Origin: Amoeboaphelidium protococcarum X5
Lineage: Eukaryota; Fungi; Aphelidiomycota
Assembly (NCBI GenBank): GCA_023515725.1
Contig: JALDTO010000098.1
Span: 956,164 to 1,020,163, forward strand
Reading direction: 5' to 3'
DNA: 64,000 nt
Position 1 is the first letter of the stretch. The number at the start of each line of letters is the position of its first letter. The translations under genes and the position numbers were made by a program. The notes under the pieces are model-generated. The model did no database searches. It had not been told where the DNA came from and saw only the letters and a program-made list of their open reading frames with translations. Shown piece by piece: positions 23,138 to 34,695 of the stretch.

Positions 23138-24702
23138 ATGATTAGATCAAAGATTTCAAATTTCAATAGCATAGGATTTAGGTAAAGAGTATCCTTATAT
23201 AATGATACGCGATGGTCTATTAGTGTGAAGAACGTACTGAATTGTCAGCCTCGACTATTATCCACAATTCGTTCTATCACTGCGGAATACAGTTAATCAA
23301 CTCAGGAACGGCGGTGGACATCTGATGAAGATCTCACGTTGTAAATGTCTTTGAAAACTCATGGTTAGAATTGGAGTAAAATTGCGCAACTGTTATAGAA
23401 TAGATCGCCGCAATAATGCAAGCTGCGATACAAGTAGATGCTGGCCGTATGGAGACGTGAATCTCCGAACGATAAAGAGCGGCGATTGCATGGCAGTAAA
23501 CGTCTGGTAATGATCGCTATGGGCAGTAATGCTGTGGTATGTGTAAGTAAATTATCCGCTGCCATCTACACGGGAAGCAGTGCTCTGATGGCCGAGTCTT
23601 TGCATAGTGCGATGGATATGATCAATCAATGTCTTTTGTATGTGGGAATCAAGCGGTCTATACGGCAACCGAGCCCCACACATCCATATGGATTCCACAA
23701 AGAGTTGTACGGTTGGGCGATAATCAGTGCTGTGGGTGTCCTGTTTGTCGGCGGCGGAGTGCCCATATACACTGGAATCAGTGCCCTGGTTGATGGTATC
23801 CCACAAGCAATGACAGCCTCACAAGTCCAAGTGGGGTTCTCTGTGCTTGGCTGCGCTCTGGTCAGTGAGAGTTTCACCGCGTATAAAGCGTACAAGTAGG
23901 TGGCTCATAATGCTCAAAAGTCTTAAATGTCCGTGAAAGAGTACCTTCGCAATGGTTCAGATTCCAGCTCGGTACAAGTTTTGCTGGAGGATTCTTCATC
24001 CGTAATTGGATCTATAATTGCTGGCTCTTGCCTCGGACTTAGCTAGTTGTATCGCGACTTTTGGTGGCTGGATCCTATTGGTAGTTGTGGAATTGGCGCG
24101 CTCCTCAGCTCAGTGGCGCTATTTCTCATTAGACGCAATCTGTCCATGATGTTAGAGGTAAGTCTATCTTTGATTAGTAGAGTCTAAATCGCAAACATTT
24201 TTATGTAGAGTTCAATGCCATCTAATAAAGTTGCTATCCTCTAAAAGATTATAACGACGGATCCTATAGTCTAATCTATTCAAGGTGAGTGTTTCTATAT
24301 TACCCAATTTGACCCAACTACTGTATGTTAATGCGAGATTTAATGTAGATGTCAAGACTGCCGCGTTAAGCCCTGAGGATGCAAGATTTAAAGCAGAGGT
24401 TCAGTTCAATAGTGTAGAGGTGACTAGACGGTATATAATGAACAATGAAATTGATTTGAATTCAGAGCTGTAAAAGGTGAAAAGCTTTGATAAGGCTGAG
24501 CAATTGGAATAGTATCTCACACAGTTCGGAGGTAATGTGATTGAACATCTTGGTGATGAGATTGACCGGATAGAGGAAAACATAAAGGTATAATATTGTT
24601 CTAGTATATGGATAATAATTGTCAAACTTAAGTCATAAGCTCGTCGTTATAATGTAGGATAATGTTCCAGAAGTCAAACACGTTGATATAGAAGTAATGT
24701 GA
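23138..24702 (+). CDS. SLC30A9: Cation diffusion facilitator, ZnT9/SLC30A9 ortholog with N-terminal presequence and Myb/SANT-like domain; introns 24158-24208, 24285-24348, 24588-24657
   Basis: AESLHSAMDMINQ, HPYGF, ISAVGVLFVGGG, VLLEDS, DPIGS, DVKT..RFKAEV, LGDEIDRIE, PEVKHVDIE. Confidence 0.88.
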
Positions 24703-25001
24703 ACTGTACTCAATAATCTTGATGATTACTCGGCACTATATTTGCACTCAGTTACTCGTTTTAAGAGTTTAAGATCATATTATTAATTTAGTTTTCTCTA
24801 CCGCCTCAAAACTTTTGAATCTTGACGTGCTTATCTTATTGACTAAAATGAACATTATTGCCGTTCTAATAGGGAGGACTTTAACGAGCGAAGGCGAAAA
24901 CGCGTCTAAACTCTTAAGGCCAAACAACGGAGCTTGCAACTTGCGCATTTTCAATATTCTCTCTTTTGACCAACTTTGCACAGCAGGCGACGCAACGAGA
25001 A

Positions 25002-26558
25002 ATGCAAAAATTGATAAAGCGTCTTGTGTCCACAAATGTTGCTGATACGCCCACCATATCAGCACGATCTATTAGCGTGAAACACAACGCGTCTAATGTC
25101 AAAACTTAATTACAGTCTACAAAGCAGCTGAAAGTATCTCAGTTTGAAAGGGAGCAATTGCTGAAGCGATATCTGAAATTCCACCTTGATTATCCCATAA
25201 GTATGGTTGAGAAATTGCTGCGATAAAAGAAGATTTGGGTATTGCGTACTGAGGAAGCCTATACTACTACAACATCTGTATAAAGAAAATTTGTAAATTT
25301 AAGTTCAAATTTTATACTAAAAGCTGATGATACTGTTTGCATTGATTACAAGGATAATCCAAGCGTATCGCGGCCATCGCTGGACACTATTCTACAGTAG
25401 CCTCTTCCACCGATGACTGCCGATTAGACTCAGCTAGACTCTGCTATGGAGCAATTAAGAGGAACAATTCTGTATCATGATGCAGATATCATAGTACTGA
25501 ATAAATCTCCGGGGATCTCTGTACATTCTGGATCTAAAAATTAAAAAGTGCATTTGTAGCGATTGTTCAGACTATTGAGACACGTTGATCCTCATGAAAA
25601 TAGTGACGCGTACTAGCACGATCCATAAGCAGTGCATAGGCTCGATAAACCTGTTGGTGGATGTCTTGTACTTGGACGTAATTAATACTCTATACGTATG
25701 CTTAATCAGGCGTTTAGAGAGTCTAGCGATCCTTCGCTATTTCATGCCACGGTTGAAGAGTCTGTAGATGCCTTTGGTAACACGGTTTAATCATCATCCG
25801 AATATCTCTCTACCCATCCCGGTTGGCTTAATGTTGATACTGATGATAAAAATTATATCTCTGATACAAATAAATAGACTCACGTTACTCCAACCAGAAT
25901 GGAGTTGTAGAAAGTGTATTGGGCGATATTGACTGGAGTTCCACCAAAGCCTAGAGGTGTGATTGATAACTATCTATTTATTCCGCCCGAGGCTGGTATT
26001 GATATTTCATGCGATGATGACTTTGATTCAGCTGTTGATGTACCCACCCAGTATGGTGTGACAGTTGTGGATCCAAGTAGAATACATCGCGCATATCAGA
26101 GATGTCTCAAACGCGCAGTGACCAGGTATGAAGTCGTCCACTAGATTGGAACTAAAGGTTGCCTGGTGCGACTTACTCCTTTAACGGGGCGGAAACATTA
26201 GTTACGTGTTCACTGTGCCACCACATTGAATAGTCCGATTCTGGGAGATGCAAAGTATGGGATCAAATCGTATAGGAAGCTGCATGATATCGGTTGGGGA
26301 TAGCTATTGGATTTCACTCGATACAGTGGCCTTAAAGGCCAGATGCCCATGTTTCTGCATATGAGATAGTTAAACATTGAAAATTATTTTAGTCATCTTG
26401 GACACGGTGCAAAAGGTGTTGAAAATGAACAATAAGCTAGAAGTATTGGTGGTAGTTGTTATCAAGCGCCAATGAATCTCAGCGTGACCTCTGGATTGAA
26501 TGATCTGTGGAAGCAGCTACTGCGTGCTTGTCACTTTGACTTTTCATCTAAAGTATGA
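25002..26558 (+). CDS. RluA/RluC/D-family pseudouridine synthase (probably mitochondrial), 518 aa
   Basis: ILYHDADIIVLNKSPG, VHRLDK (catalytic Asp), KVYWAIL, AVTRY, PLTGRKHQLRVH, PILGDAKYG, MFLH. Confidence 0.9.
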
Positions 26559-26872
26559 TATTTTTGTTCGCGTTATAAAATGAATATAGAAGTATTATCA
26601 ATTTATTCTACATTCTTATTTAGTTTAGTTCATTTAGTTAAGTTCATTTAGTTTGTACCTATTTGATATTCTGCCTTCTTTAACACTGTCAATTACGCGT
26701 CGCACATCGTCATTCACGAGCTTTGGGCGATCGATTTGAAATTGCGTCATCAAAATTATTTCCCTTTTCGGCGAAGCTTATCAACATTTCGCGATAACAT
26801 AATTTTTTATTTTTGACCAGGAGCTTCTATAAATTCAATACAATCAGCACTTCATATTAAAAATCGAGTTGA

Positions 26873-28699
26873 ATGAGAAGTGATATTATTTGGGTGTTGG
26901 TGGCTTCATTTCTGGCAGAGTCTAGCCGTGGCATTGTTTTGTCCTCTTTGACTCCATGTGTATATTATCTACAGGGATCCCCCACAACTATTGGTATCGC
27001 TATTGCCTTGTACTCGCTTGGTAGACTATTATCTGCTGTTCCACTAGGATATCTACAGGACCGACTGAATTCTACCAGTAGGACCCTTTAATATGCTTCA
27101 GCTGGCGGTGCCTTGTTAAATCTGTTCTATGGCTTGCTTTTCTTGTTGCCAGCTGAATCATAATAATCATCAGCTGTGGCTATCATGCTTCTCTGTGCTT
27201 TAAGGTTTGGTATTGGATTCTTTTCTGGTACTCTAGCTGTGGTTAGATCTTATCTGATTAAAGTGTCATCTGATGGGTAGTAGAGGACGCAGTACATCAC
27301 TTGGAGTGGTCTTGTTTAGTATATTGGATTCTCATTGACTCCACTTATCCCCATCTTATGGAGTCTCTTTAGTTCATCATCTTCGTCAGATACAGCTAAT
27401 CCCGGATAGAATGATGACGGTATTAATAATTAATTACCAGGCAATGATAGCTATAGTGGTCAAGATTTTGCTACTCAGTAAAGCTTTTCGTAGGTGCAAT
27501 TAAATTGTGCAATGCCTGGGTATCTAATGTTCGTATTGAATGCTCTTCTTGTGTTAATAGTCAACTTTGGTATGCCGCGATATGATACACCTAAACAGAA
27601 TGATTCTTAATGTGATGTTAATACTAGTTAATCTACACGTACTGGTGAATAGGACATGCCTCCGAAGAAGGTATCTGTGCAATATAAATAGAGTTAATTG
27701 AAGTAATCACCTAGAGAGTCTACACCTCTGTTGGAATAATAATAATAAAATATGTCTGTTAGGGATGAATTGTCTGATGTGGAGACTCTAGATGATGATG
27801 ATGGTGCACATTCTATAGTCAGTCAATACTCGCGCTATCAGCGTTACTCTGGTGACTCTATCCGACTGATGCCATCGAAGGAGAGTATGCAATCGTCACC
27901 TTAATAGGCCTCATTACAACCTCCTTAATCTTCAGCACTATCATAATCCGGAAAAGAACCATCACTTTAGAATACAAAAGATTAATAAAAGGAGCGAATG
28001 ATGCAGTTTGTAAAGTTGAGTGTCGCTGTGTATTTCTTCCTCAACTTTGCACTGCGTGGAATTATTGGTGTGGCAGAGACTATTTAGCCCACGGAATTTG
28101 AACGAGTGAGCAAGATCAAGGATCAGAGTCGATTGATCACGATGAGCAGTGCCTTCTTTGCCAGTCTAGGAATGGTTGGACTGGTGGTGTTCATATTGAT
28201 ACCGATTGTGTAGAAGCGATTGAATCGAGTACTGGCTCGTCGCACTGTTCCAGAGAAGAGTCTATGCAAGGCCGCTATAATGCAAACACATACTCTCATG
28301 AACTTGTTCGGTATCATGACTCTTCTTGTCGGATCTATCCTGGTATCTGATTATATTCATCGCTTTATGATGGCACTATATGCTACCGGAATGGTATTGA
28401 TTTGGAGTGTAGGATCTCCGCTGTGTTAGACCGTGGTTATTGTAGCCTTTTCAGAAGCTTTGAATGCTGTGGACTCCCGCTGGCCTGGCTTTAGAAGTGA
28501 TAGCAAGATTGGTACTTGGATGGGATCGCTAACTACGGCTGGTAGTGTAGGTCGTATAGTTTTACCAACTGTAGCCAGTATGATTCCATTTGATATCGCC
28601 AACGGCATCAATGTCTTGCTCTGTCTCTGCTGCATCCTCGCGCTGATCACACAGCGAGTAATCAGTATTAAGTGGCTTGATCAGAGTATCCCTACATGA
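26873..28699 (+). CDS. Major facilitator superfamily transporter (MFSD8-like), 608 aa
   Basis: Multiple hydrophobic segments. IALYSLGRLLSAVPLGYLQDR, RFGIGFFSGTLAVVRSY, GTWMGSLTTAGSVGRIVLP. Long Q/S-rich central loop. Confidence 0.85.
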
Positions 28700-28887
28700 T
28701 GATGATGACTTGCGCGCTAGTTTACCTTTGATGGCTATTTATTGCTCACCATCACTACTTGCTAAGTGCAAATTCGTATTCTCTAGACACTGTCAATAGA
28801 GTTTACAAAGATAGTGTAAAATTGAGAGACTAGATATAATAAATGTATGATCTATGTGTTAGTATTCAGTATAACGTTCATCAAACT

Positions 28888-31464
28888 TCAATCTTGCTAT
28901 TAATGTGACGAAGACTGATCGTCCGAAATCTACTGCAATAACAAATGATAGTAAAGATTATGAGCTCCATCTTTACCATGAGCTAAAAGTTGTACATTAT
29001 CAGCGGAAGAGTATTATTATACAGATTCGATGGCCTTTGACATTTCTTATATGATAGTAGGAAGAGCATCTTGAATTTTACGAGCATATTTACAGAATAC
29101 AGTCTCTGGCTTGTTGTAGAGGAAACAATTGGACACGATCAGCTTCAAATCTTCAGTAAAATCATCCAGATTCAGATACTCCATGTCATTCATCTTCTAT
29201 TCGATAGTCTAAAAGCACATTGGCCGCTTCACAATCTCATGGTAATCAGGTACAATCTCCTTATCAACAGGTACATGGAAGAACTTGTGCTTATCCAGAG
29301 ACGAGATTTACTACAGATGCATTCTAATACACTCATTGACGGGGCTGAGTTGCATCAGTACCAGCTATTATAGATCACGTATGTATCTCAACTTCAACTT
29401 TTCTCTCTTCTTCGTCATTTCCGCCTGTAATCGTAGAGATTCCAGGTCAGTGCGCATAGAAGACAAAACTGCAAATCGAGCCATGTTCTACTCTTCGTTA
29501 GCCTTCATCTGACTAGGAAATGAAGACCATGGCTCAAGATGGAGACGTTTGATAAGGGGCGCCCCACGCTTGGACTATCTCTTCAGGGACCAATACTTGC
29601 AAACCTGATGCAGAAACTTTAACTTGCCTCTTATATCTATACCGTCAAACTCTAATCTCTCAGAAAGTCTATCAACTATGAGCTGTGGTGTTATGATGTC
29701 ATCATATTACTACTACTATTTACTGCCATTATGACAATGATTGTTCGACAATGTCCGCCCACAATTAAAGTCAATACTATCCAAATCGGGCAATTCCCCA
29801 TGTCCTGGAGGTGTATGCTAATGACAAAATGCCTTATTGATAGAGTAGTCAATTCCATTATGCTAATACTACTTCATCTTCATATAAAGTCCTGCTTTGC
29901 GAGCACAAGTGACATGGAACGCTTTAAAGCATGAAGATTTATGACATTGGATACAAGCACCTTGCACGTGACAATCAGGCATGTCCTCAATTCTGTCTTT
30001 ACAGAGATAACATGACAACTTCCATCGCGACTTGGGAATAGACTCAATGCCATCAATAGGCTCTGCATAGACTGGATTAACGATCTTAACTTCAGGAATC
30101 CATAGTGCACACAGAAGATGAGCCCAACGGTTATTGGTGGTCTGCTTGAATGCTCCATCAGTATGAGGACATAGAGCACACATAACGTTATCATCCGGCA
30201 TAAGCATACACTTTCTGCACAGCCACTAGCCTTCCGGTATAAATGGAACGCCATAGCAATCCTAATGTACGGCTACATTGCATCCATCACAGAATATGAT
30301 AGCATTTGTGTTATCAGCCTCTCCATCCAAACAGATGCTGCATATCTCATTCTCCGGAGCAAATGGATCAACCTGATGATGCCGATGTGTATCCTTTGTC
30401 AACATGAACCACTCCTTCTCGATACAATCTATAATCGATTCAAATACATCCTCACTAACACTTATTGAGTTACTACCATCAGAAAACTTGGATTATTTAT
30501 TACCTGATTGAGATGGAAACTCTGACCGTCTCTGCGTGTTAATTATATCAAGCCAGCATTTATCCTACTCATCCATATCATACTCTACTGTGCACATTAA
30601 ATCATTCTCTGTTGGTTCTACGTACCTCAAATACTATTACTATGACCGTTTGGTTGAAAACTTGCGAGGTGATGGTTTCTAATACCTAGAATCTCTCTTT
30701 CCAGATGGTGATTACTTTACGTGGGGCTAATTTTACTATTGCTACTACTACTGAATCAGTCTAAAAGAGGTCTTGGGCAGTTGAGATAGATCATCTTTAG
30801 GGTGAAGAACTCCACCATCTCTCATATTTCTACTTCCATCAGCAGCCGTATCATCCTTATTGATAGTAACGGGCAATTCCTATTCAACATCCAACTAAGT
30901 AAATACATCTTTATAACTCAACTCTTCTCTGGGCTTGGCCTATACAGGACTCCCACTGACAGGACTAAATTCATCATCATTGATCACCATTTAGACAGAA
31001 TCTGGGAGATTAGTTGAAGATATAGCTTTGAAATTAGTAGTACTCTTTCTCCTTTTTAAACTTCCAGTACTACCAAGATTACGATTCAAAGGTGGCCTTC
31101 CTCTACCTCTTCCCCGTCCTCTACCTCTTCCTCTACCTCTTCCTCGTGGCGGTATGGAACTGCGTGTGTTGTTATTATTATTACTACTACTATCATTAAA
31201 TTTAAACGGAGAGTGAATCATAGCAGATGACCTAGATGTGAGTACATGCAGTCCAGCAGACGGTCTTCCCCTTTAAGTTAATTATTATTATTATTATTAT
31301 TACTGTTACTACTATTCAATACTAGATTGACTCTCAGTGTCATTTTCATGGTCACCACTTTCATAGCTGTGGTCATCATCGGTCCCGTAAGAGTCAGTGT
31401 CATTCTCACTCTCTATTCCATCCAAAGAGCCATCACTGACCAATCTCTTCCTTCTCCTATTCAT
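28888..31464 (-). CDS. NTO1: NuA3/MOZ-complex scaffold Nto1/BRPF: EPC-like region, PHD-Zn knuckle-PHD, C-terminal bromodomain, 858 aa
   Basis: [89 protein letters not shown], and bromodomain [27 protein letters not shown]. Confidence 0.92.
31281..31314 (-). repeat. (TAA/TAG)n microsatellite encoding polyglutamine inside NTO1
   Basis: Minus strand TAG TAG TAA CAG TAA x7, in frame between ATG31464 and the PHD region. Confidence 0.85.
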
Positions 31465-31975
31465 CCCCTTTGAAAACGAAATCCTGCACTATTCTTTTTA
31501 AATTTTAGCGCAGAAATACTTGAAGGGAGTCGACGGTATATAAGGCAGTCAGTCAGTCGTTCTGTCCTCCGCGCAACACCGTTCGTTCGCCACAAACACT
31601 TTCTTATCGCGCGCGCGCGTTTGAACACCAAGCGGGAAAGAGTAGGCAAACGGCAAAGGCATTGTGCCCGCCTCTGCGGCAAAACGTTTCAATATTACTT
31701 GTGGCGTTTGTTTCACTCTGTCTTTTGAGTTTTACAGCACGTTTTATAGTAGAGTGGGTAAGATGTCACTTGGTTCATGAATCTGGCAATAGAATGCCAT
31801 TAATTACAGAGATCAACTTGATATGGAATGATATAGGCCTTTGTTATGGATTGAGGCAGTTGTGAGGATGTAAGCTTGCCTAATTTTCACAAAATATTTC
31901 AATTATCTCAGCTTCCACACAACTTTCACTATTTATACACATTAATAATATATATACATATATATCATATTCTGT

Positions 31976-33901
31976 ATGCTTACATTAAATTATAATTCTT
32001 CTACTGCAGCATCCTAGATAAGAGACGCGATTGATACATTTACTAAGGCTAATGATTTGCAGTAGTAACGTTTAAACTTCCACCACATTTGCGCACCATT
32101 TTAAAGAGTTCCATTCCTCGACTGGATATCTCCAATTCTGTGGCATTTATTGCAAGTCATTAGTGGTTCGGTACTGCTCATGAAAGGCTTTCTGACATCG
32201 TTCAGCAACAATGCTTCCATTAAGACGCGTAGATGGTTGGCATAGTTCAAGCGAATGGTTGTGGTAAGACTAAAACAGCTTTGAAATTGACTGATTAGTT
32301 CATAGTACTGCCTGTACGTGTACTCTTTACATCATCTGGGATATGTAATGATTTTAGGGGCGTATTGATCGCTGCTTAACGTAAACTGCGTTAATAGATG
32401 CCTAAAGATCTATCTATTCACGACGTGTCTGAATTTTCTCAATAGTGTCTCCATCTTGTTCATCTCTACCTGTGGTCTTTGCTGGAGATGTTTGAATTCT
32501 GTGTTTCTCATGAATTAGTAGATTCTGATGACGCATAAAGCCGCTTCACCTTTGCTCTGCTTCTACTCACTGGTAATCGTGCATTAATTGACTGGTGTGT
32601 ATAGTTCTTCAATGAGCACAAGAAGGCTGTGGTTTGAGATTTTTAATAATTCAAGCATGATTATATGAATGTTAAATCTGGGCGGTGATTTGTGTTTCTT
32701 TTTGATGAGGTGCATAATCTATTTGGAAAATGTCACGGTTACTATCTAATTAATGGCGATTCAGTGTCTGACAAAGATTTAGTGCAGAGGTGGAAGAGCG
32801 CATAACGTGATGGGCACATGAATGGCGAATTTTGTACATATTTATTCCACCAGTTGCGAATGGTTATGGTGTAGTATTTGTAAAGTCCTCTAACACCTTT
32901 TGCTTTCGTTACGTGCTCTACAAAGATGAGCACTTGGTAGATAGATATATGGAGATTAAGAATAGTCGTCGCTTATCTGTAGGGATATGATTGTCAAGTT
33001 TACTGATCTACATTAGTTTGCAAAGGATGAAGTGTTGATAGCTACAAGTAGCATGTTTGATATAAGTGACGGCATTTTAAATTCGTTAGATCATCTGGAA
33101 GATTTACAGCGTCCCTATTTTGTGTATGAGTTTCTAAACAACCTGTGTACTTCATTCCCTCGCATAAGGCATGGGTAAGATTTAAAGCAATGGTTGAACG
33201 ACAGTCTCTAACATACAAGGGCGACAATTGGATAGCATTACCTTGAGAAAGTCCTTCAACTTTGTATTGGGAATCGTGCTGGGGATATGTGGACATTGCG
33301 ACAGTTGGTGTATCGCCTTTCTACTGCTTTGATGGTTTGCGGCGGAACTTTAGTCTTGAGAGATGAGATGGAGTTATCGCGTGTTATATCTGTAGGTGTC
33401 GCACAATTGGAGTCTGGAAATCGAGTTAGAATAGTCGATCATTTCTATGCAGAAGCCATTCGTCTCTCTGTCGGTTGCGACGTTAATTAATGTGAAGCGG
33501 CGATGAAATGTTTAACTTTGCTTCACGATTAGAGTGCTCATTTGGAGTCATCAGATTATTCGTCCATGAGACTTACAATGTAGCGAGCATTGGCTTGGCT
33601 GTTCTTGTCAGGGCAAATCTCATTTAACTTTAATCCTTACTTTGATGATGGATAAGAAGCGTTGACAATTCGAGCACTCGCGTGGTCTGCGGTCACCACT
33701 GAAGAACTTCAACTCGGTAGTGGCTAGGCATATGATGCTTAAGCTGTGGTAGGAGTTCTTGAAGGTACTTTATAGCATATTTTCCTCCCGCGCACGCCAG
33801 TTGGTCCTGATTTAGTCATGCTTGCCACCGTCGATGGGATTGATAGCGTCATACTAGTTCATTCCAAGGTTGACGATAATGTTCACTTACTCATTGATTG
33901 A
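31976..33901 (+). pseudogene. Decayed Crinkler (CRN)-type P-loop NTPase + PD-(D/E)xK REase gene
   Basis: Walker A-like ANGCGKT (32251-32271), Walker B FVFLFDE (32689-32709), REase-like FLPRTPVGPDLV..ILVHSK (~33780-33870). In-frame TGA at 32635 and 32686, frameshifts near 32055 and 32940. Confidence 0.62.
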
Positions 33902-34695
33902 ATTCACTAGAGCGCTAAATTAATTGGATCTTGGTAGAGCATACTCATATCTTGAACAAAATTATACTGAATTGCAATAAGCGCTCATCAATAGTCCACT
34001 ATATAAGGTTGTATTTAATCCGTTAGGCTTTTCGAAGCAAGTTTAGTATGCTTTTAAAGAACACAATTAAGCTGCGAAGATTTATGGTAGGAATGATAGG
34101 ATTTACTGCTGAATCTTGATGATTTAAAATGCCACTTGCATGACTCTCATAGCGTTATTCGGTGGTAGATTGTCGGTTGTGAAGTTGAAAAATGGTACGC
34201 TAATAAAGATTTATATCGAACGAGGCATGGAAGACTATGACTAGAAGTGAGAAAATCAGCCTGAAAAAGGATCAACTTCTGTAACATTCGTCATATCGTG
34301 GCCTGAAGGAAGGCAAGACAAAAGATTCTAGCATCTAACATATTGATGACTATTGTAAGGCTAAGAAGGCAAGGCCGTTTCTTTGAATGCGTGACTCTAA
34401 AGTTAGAATATATGCAATGTAATACTTTGAACCTTACTGATTAGTATGTCTACCTTGAAGATATGTTCTCCATCAAAATTTACTGAAAACCTTGAGTAAA
34501 AGTAGTATTCAGGTGACTCTGAATGCTTAGGCACTTTAATCGGTGTATAGTCTTCGACACTGAATGGCTAAATTTTCAAATCCCGCGTACAGTAGACAAA
34601 GACAATATATTCAACAACAATCTCATAATTTATATACTGAGACATCTAAACAGTGCGCATAACAGCCAACATACTGTCGGGTAACGTAAAGCTCG

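Noticed and set aside
26618-26655. Short imperfect repeats (AGTTCATTTAGTT x2); also (TTCG)n near 48022
   Set aside because: Ordinary simple repeats with no spacer structure, so not CRISPR-like.
31540-31690. CGCG-rich, E2F/MCB-like motifs (GCGGGAAA, CGCGCGCG) upstream of NTO1 and ACGCGT in other intergenic gaps
   Set aside because: Short motifs that also occur within coding sequence. Enrichment cannot be shown by eye.
34260-34680. Minus-strand open frame downstream of the 1749-aa gene
   Set aside because: No recognisable motif. It overlaps the decayed CRN-like tail and is likely a chance frame.
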